A DNA stretch of 64,000 bases from an uncultured Oscillospiraceae bacterium (lineage in GTDB: Bacteria; Bacillota; Clostridia; Oscillospirales; Oscillospiraceae): NCBI GenBank assembly GCA_910584285.1, contig CAJTYK010000002.1, positions 2,261-66,260 on the forward strand. The letters run 5' to 3'. The translations under genes and the position numbers were made by a program. Positions 61,051-64,000 of the stretch are shown here, piece by piece. Positions within the stretch are counted from its first letter, which is position 1. Each line of letters starts with the position of its first letter. Below the pieces are notes generated by a model. That model was not told where the DNA came from, searched no databases, and saw nothing but the letters and a program-made list of their open reading frames with translations.

Positions 61051-62202
61051 TCACCGATCCAGCAGGCGGCCCCGGGTAAACACCAGCTCCACCCGGTTCT
61101 CCGAATCCAGCACCACCAGATCCGCATCCTTGCCGTCGGCGATGGAGCCCTTCCGGTCGAACACCCCGATGAGCCGGGCGGGATTCTCCGTCAGAGCGGG
61201 CAGCAGCTCCTCCATGGGCCGCCCGGTGAAGGCCAGCAGATTGCGCAGCGCTACGTCCTGAGTGAGGGTGCTACCGGCCCGGGTGCCGTCGCTGGCCAGC
61301 TTGGCGTCCCCGTCCTCCACCACCACCTCGTTCACGCCCAGGTGATACTTGCCGTCGGGCAGCCCCGCCGCCATAATGGAGTCAGTGATGGCCACCACCC
61401 GGTCCAGCCCTTTGGTCTTGATCAGCAGCCGCACCGAGCCGGGGTGGAGGTGCCGCCCGTCGCAGATCATCTCACAGTACACATCCGACTCCAGCACCGC
61501 CCCCATAATGGCGGGCCTGTGCTGGTGGAACAGCCCCATGGCGTTGAAGGTGTGGGTGGCGGCCTGGGCCCCGGCGGCGATGGCCGCCATGGAGGTCTCG
61601 TAGTCCGCCCCGGAGTGGCCGATGGCGGGGATGATCCCCAGCTTCCTGGCCTCCGGGATCAGCTCCACCACACCCTCCACCTCCGGCGACACCGTCAGGT
61701 AGCGGATGCCGCCCTCGGCCTGCTCCTGGTAGGAGCGCAGCAGTTCCGGATCTCCCTTGCGCAGCAGATGCTCCGGCATGGCCCCCTTGTACGCACTGGC
61801 CAGGAAGGGCCCCTCCAAATGGACGCCCAGCAGCTCGGCGGTGGGCTGGCCCCCCTGCCGGTGGGCCTTGAACTGGTCGATGCACCACCGGGTCTGCTCC
61901 TCCGTGTCGGTGAGCACCGAGCACAGCCAGGCGGTGGTGCCGTTGCCGGCAAAAAAGCGGCTGAGCTTCTCCAGATCCTCCGCGGTGGCGCCGTTCACAT
62001 CCACGCCCACCCCGCCGTGGGTGTGTACGTCGATAAAGCCGGGCACCACCCGCCTGCCGGCGGCGTCGATGACCTCCTCCGACCGTGGGACGGGGGCGTC
62101 CTTGTCCAGCACCTGGATCCGTCCGCCGGACAGCTTCAAGGTCTTTTCCTCAAAACGCCGGCCCAGATAGACCTGGCCGTTGATGAGATAGGTATCCTTC
62201 AT
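61051..62202 (-). CDS. nagA: N-acetylglucosamine-6-phosphate deacetylase
   Basis: 383 aa. GFIDVHTHGG metal-binding block and an amidohydrolase fold. Confidence 0.9.
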   Translation of the reverse strand: MKDTYLINGQVYLGRRFEEKTLKLSGGRIQVLDKDAPVPRSEEVIDAAGRRVVPGFIDVHTHGGVGVDVNGATAEDLEKLSRFFAGNGTTAWLCSVLTDTEEQTRWCIDQFKAHRQGGQPTAELLGVHLEGPFLASAYKGAMPEHLLRKGDPELLRSYQEQAEGGIRYLTVSPEVEGVVELIPEARKLGIIPAIGHSGADYETSMAAIAAGAQAATHTFNAMGLFHQHRPAIMGAVLESDVYCEMICDGRHLHPGSVRLLIKTKGLDRVVAITDSIMAAGLPDGKYHLGVNEVVVEDGDAKLASDGTRAGSTLTQDVALRNLLAFTGRPMEELLPALTENPARLIGVFDRKGSIADGKDADLVVLDSENRVELVFTRGRLLDR

Positions 62203-62219
62203 GTCCCCTCCTCCCGGGC

Positions 62220-63041
62220 TCAGTCCGGCAGGTTGGCCACAAATTCCGTGGTGCGGATCAGCGCGTCCGGGTGGGTCTGCATCAGGGTGGCGGGGAAGTG
62301 ACCGGACACCTCGCCGTAGGCCGTATGGCGGAGCACCGCCCGGTGCCAGTCCCGGAACACGCCCAAGCGTACCTTCCGGGCGTTGTAGATCTCATTCATG
62401 CCGATGGTGACGCACCAGCGGGGCATATCGTCCACTGCGCCGTTCAGATCGCCAATGGCGTTGGCTGTCCGGGTCTCTCGGCTGATCTCCAGCACCCGGG
62501 TGTGGAGCTGCTTGAACTGCTCCCCGGTGAGCTCGTCCTGGGCCTCGTTGAAGGCCAGGTGGCCGTTGATGCCGATGCCGCCGAAGCAGATGTCCACGCC
62601 GCCCAGCTTCTCAATGGTGCGGGCCATGTTGTCCGGGTCGTTGGGGTCGGGAAACACCCGCTGGCTCTCGGGCATCACCAGCTCCGGCTTAATTTTGGTG
62701 TACACCGTCCGATCCATGAAGCCCCGGAAGCTGAGCTTGTCACTCTTGTCGATCCACTGCTTGTCGTCGGTGAGGTACTCGTCCATGTTGAGGAACCAGA
62801 CGTTTTTCAGGCTGATGTTCTCCCCGTTGACCAGATCCACAAAATAGGGGTACTGCCCCACGGGCCCCACGGGGCAGATAAACACGGTGGTTTTGCCCTG
62901 GGCGTTATGAGCCTTGATCTCGTCCGCCATTTCCCGGGCAATAGCCTGGAACACCGCGGTATTGTCCGAGAGCACCTCAATGGGCACCTTGGGGGCGGCC
63001 AGCAGCTGCTCCCTGGTATAGTAATAATAGTCGTGGCGCAT
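62220..63041 (-). CDS. nagB: glucosamine-6-phosphate deaminase/isomerase family protein
   Basis: 273 aa. NagB/6-phosphogluconolactonase-fold pattern (FLNMDEY, GIGINGHLAFNE), adjacent to nagA. Confidence 0.8.
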   Translation of the reverse strand: MRHDYYYYTREQLLAAPKVPIEVLSDNTAVFQAIAREMADEIKAHNAQGKTTVFICPVGPVGQYPYFVDLVNGENISLKNVWFLNMDEYLTDDKQWIDKSDKLSFRGFMDRTVYTKIKPELVMPESQRVFPDPNDPDNMARTIEKLGGVDICFGGIGINGHLAFNEAQDELTGEQFKQLHTRVLEISRETRTANAIGDLNGAVDDMPRWCVTIGMNEIYNARKVRLGVFRDWHRAVLRHTAYGEVSGHFPATLMQTHPDALIRTTEFVANLPD

Positions 63042-63055
63042 TTTGCGTCCTCCTT

Positions 63056-64000
63056 TCAGCTTTGCCGGGGCGGGAGCCCCGTGTACTTCTCCAGAACCTC
63101 CAGCACCCGGTACACATCCAGCCAGGGCTGGAACTCCGGCTCCTGTTCACAGATAAACCGCTGGAAGGCGTTCCAGTCCTCCGCCGCCCTGCCGTCCTCC
63201 CCCCGGGCCAGGTGCCGCAGCGCCCGGGCCAGCTTGAGCACATAGTCCCGGTGGCAGTTCAGCGCCTCCCAGAAGGGGGTGGCCCAGCCGCCCGCGCCCC
63301 GGTGGGCGTCCAGGGTGGGGGTGAAGCTCCGGCACAGCTCCCGGATCTCCTCCAGCCGGGCGGCCATCCCCTGGTCCCGGCGCTCGCCCTTGCCGTTGAC
63401 GTAATCGGTGCTGCTCAGGCCGGACAGCTGGGACAGGTAGTCCGCCACAACGGGCCAGTCCGCCCCGTAGGCCGCGGCGAAATATTCCCCCAGCAGTTGG
63501 TTCACGTCGGCGTCCGCGTCCATCAGCGTCCGGCCCAGCACATAGTTGGGGAAGAAGTTGGGCAGGCCCGCGCGCAGCTCCTGGCAGCTGATATAGCCGT
63601 CCAGGCCCAGCCCCTTGAGCTGCTTCACGTCGCCGCTGATGACCCGGGCCAGCTTCACGTACCCGAAGTCGCCGTAGTGGGCCCGGCCCAGGGGGTAGTC
63701 GTACACGAAGCTGTCCCCGTGGAACTGCGCCTGCCAGCCCCGGAGGAAGGCCAGGTTCTCCGAGAGATCCGTGGGCAGGGTGATCCGGTTACGCGCATAG
63801 GCCGGGATGGGGGGCAGCTCCCGCTCCACGGTGTAGGATCGCTCAAAGGTGCGGCTGATGGGGGCGAACATGAGGACGAACCGATCCGGATTGGCCAGCC
63901 GGGCCTTCACCGGGGGCCACAGCAGCTCCTGGTACAGCAGGAACACGATCCGAGTGGCCAGCCCCAGGCCAGTCAGCCGCTGGTCGATCTCATTGAGCAG
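63056..64000 (-). CDS. uncharacterised protein, C-terminal part (5' end outside window); probably glycan/amino-sugar utilisation
   Basis: The frame stays open from 63056 to the window edge, so the ORF-track GTG at 63946 is internal. It appears co-oriented and co-transcribed with nagB-nagA. No family assigned with confidence. Confidence 0.5.
   Translation of the reverse strand: MLNEIDQRLTGLGLATRIVFLLYQELLWPPVKARLANPDRFVLMFAPISRTFERSYTVERELPPIPAYARNRITLPTDLSENLAFLRGWQAQFHGDSFVYDYPLGRAHYGDFGYVKLARVISGDVKQLKGLGLDGYISCQELRAGLPNFFPNYVLGRTLMDADADVNQLLGEYFAAAYGADWPVVADYLSQLSGLSSTDYVNGKGERRDQGMAARLEEIRELCRSFTPTLDAHRGAGGWATPFWEALNCHRDYVLKLARALRHLARGEDGRAAEDWNAFQRFICEQEPEFQPWLDVYRVLEVLEKYTGLPPRQS

Overview
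This is a 64-kb chromosomal window from a high-G+C anaerobic Firmicute. The gene content suggests a butyrate-producing Clostridia (Oscillospiraceae-like) organism: crt-hbd-bcd-etfBA, rnfCDGEAB, an [FeFe] hydrogenase, an SLH-domain protein and Spo0A-type boxes. That taxonomic call is inference only.

Gene order, left to right:
- murI (3' end) and a DUF1934 gene.
- rimP-nusA-ylxR-ylxQ-infB.
- A 0.8-kb low-G+C islet with three small ORFs, one of them DUF4160, wedged in front of rbfA-nrnA-truB-ribF.
- A DUF554 membrane protein, then the butyryl-CoA block.
- A small Clostridia-type gene convergent with a P-loop ATPase, then a monomeric [FeFe] hydrogenase.
- lexA with a clear SOS-box promoter, htrA, and two membrane proteins.
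- A MefA-like MFS transporter behind a long attenuator-like leader.
- The rnf operon, a NusG-II/Gx-transporter pair, and two tandem micro membrane proteins.
- An LbH acyltransferase and glmM, followed by a 600-bp non-coding, heavily structured gap.
- A beta-CASP MBL hydrolase.
- A roughly 23.5-kb minus-strand vitamin B12 island (36.4-59.9 kb).
- A small-gene region, nagA and nagB, and a partial gene at the window edge.

The B12 island holds two paralogous cobalamin riboswitches. One drives a 17-gene cbi/cob operon. The other drives a BtuFCD-type importer preceded by two secreted proteins.

I recognised no rRNA, tRNA, CRISPR array, transposase or integrase.

The most interesting signals are:
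- The riboswitch-controlled uptake operon. Its first gene is an S-layer-anchored (3x SLH) CbiK-type chelatase homologue. Its second is a Pro/Thr-linker lipoprotein. Both end in the same uncharacterised, NEAT-like beta-rich domain, which makes the pair a candidate Gram-positive surface corrinoid-capture system.
- An inverted-repeat-bounded insert in that operon's leader.
- A structured 0.4-kb orphan region between convergent genes.
- Three hairpin-element insertions bracketed by duplications of the upstream gene's 3' end, stop codon included.
- A truncated CobU paralogue.
- A translated leader that runs through a terminator upstream of the MFS gene.

Many long ORFs in the six-frame track are antisense or N-terminally extended artefacts of the high G+C content. 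I trimmed or rejected them.
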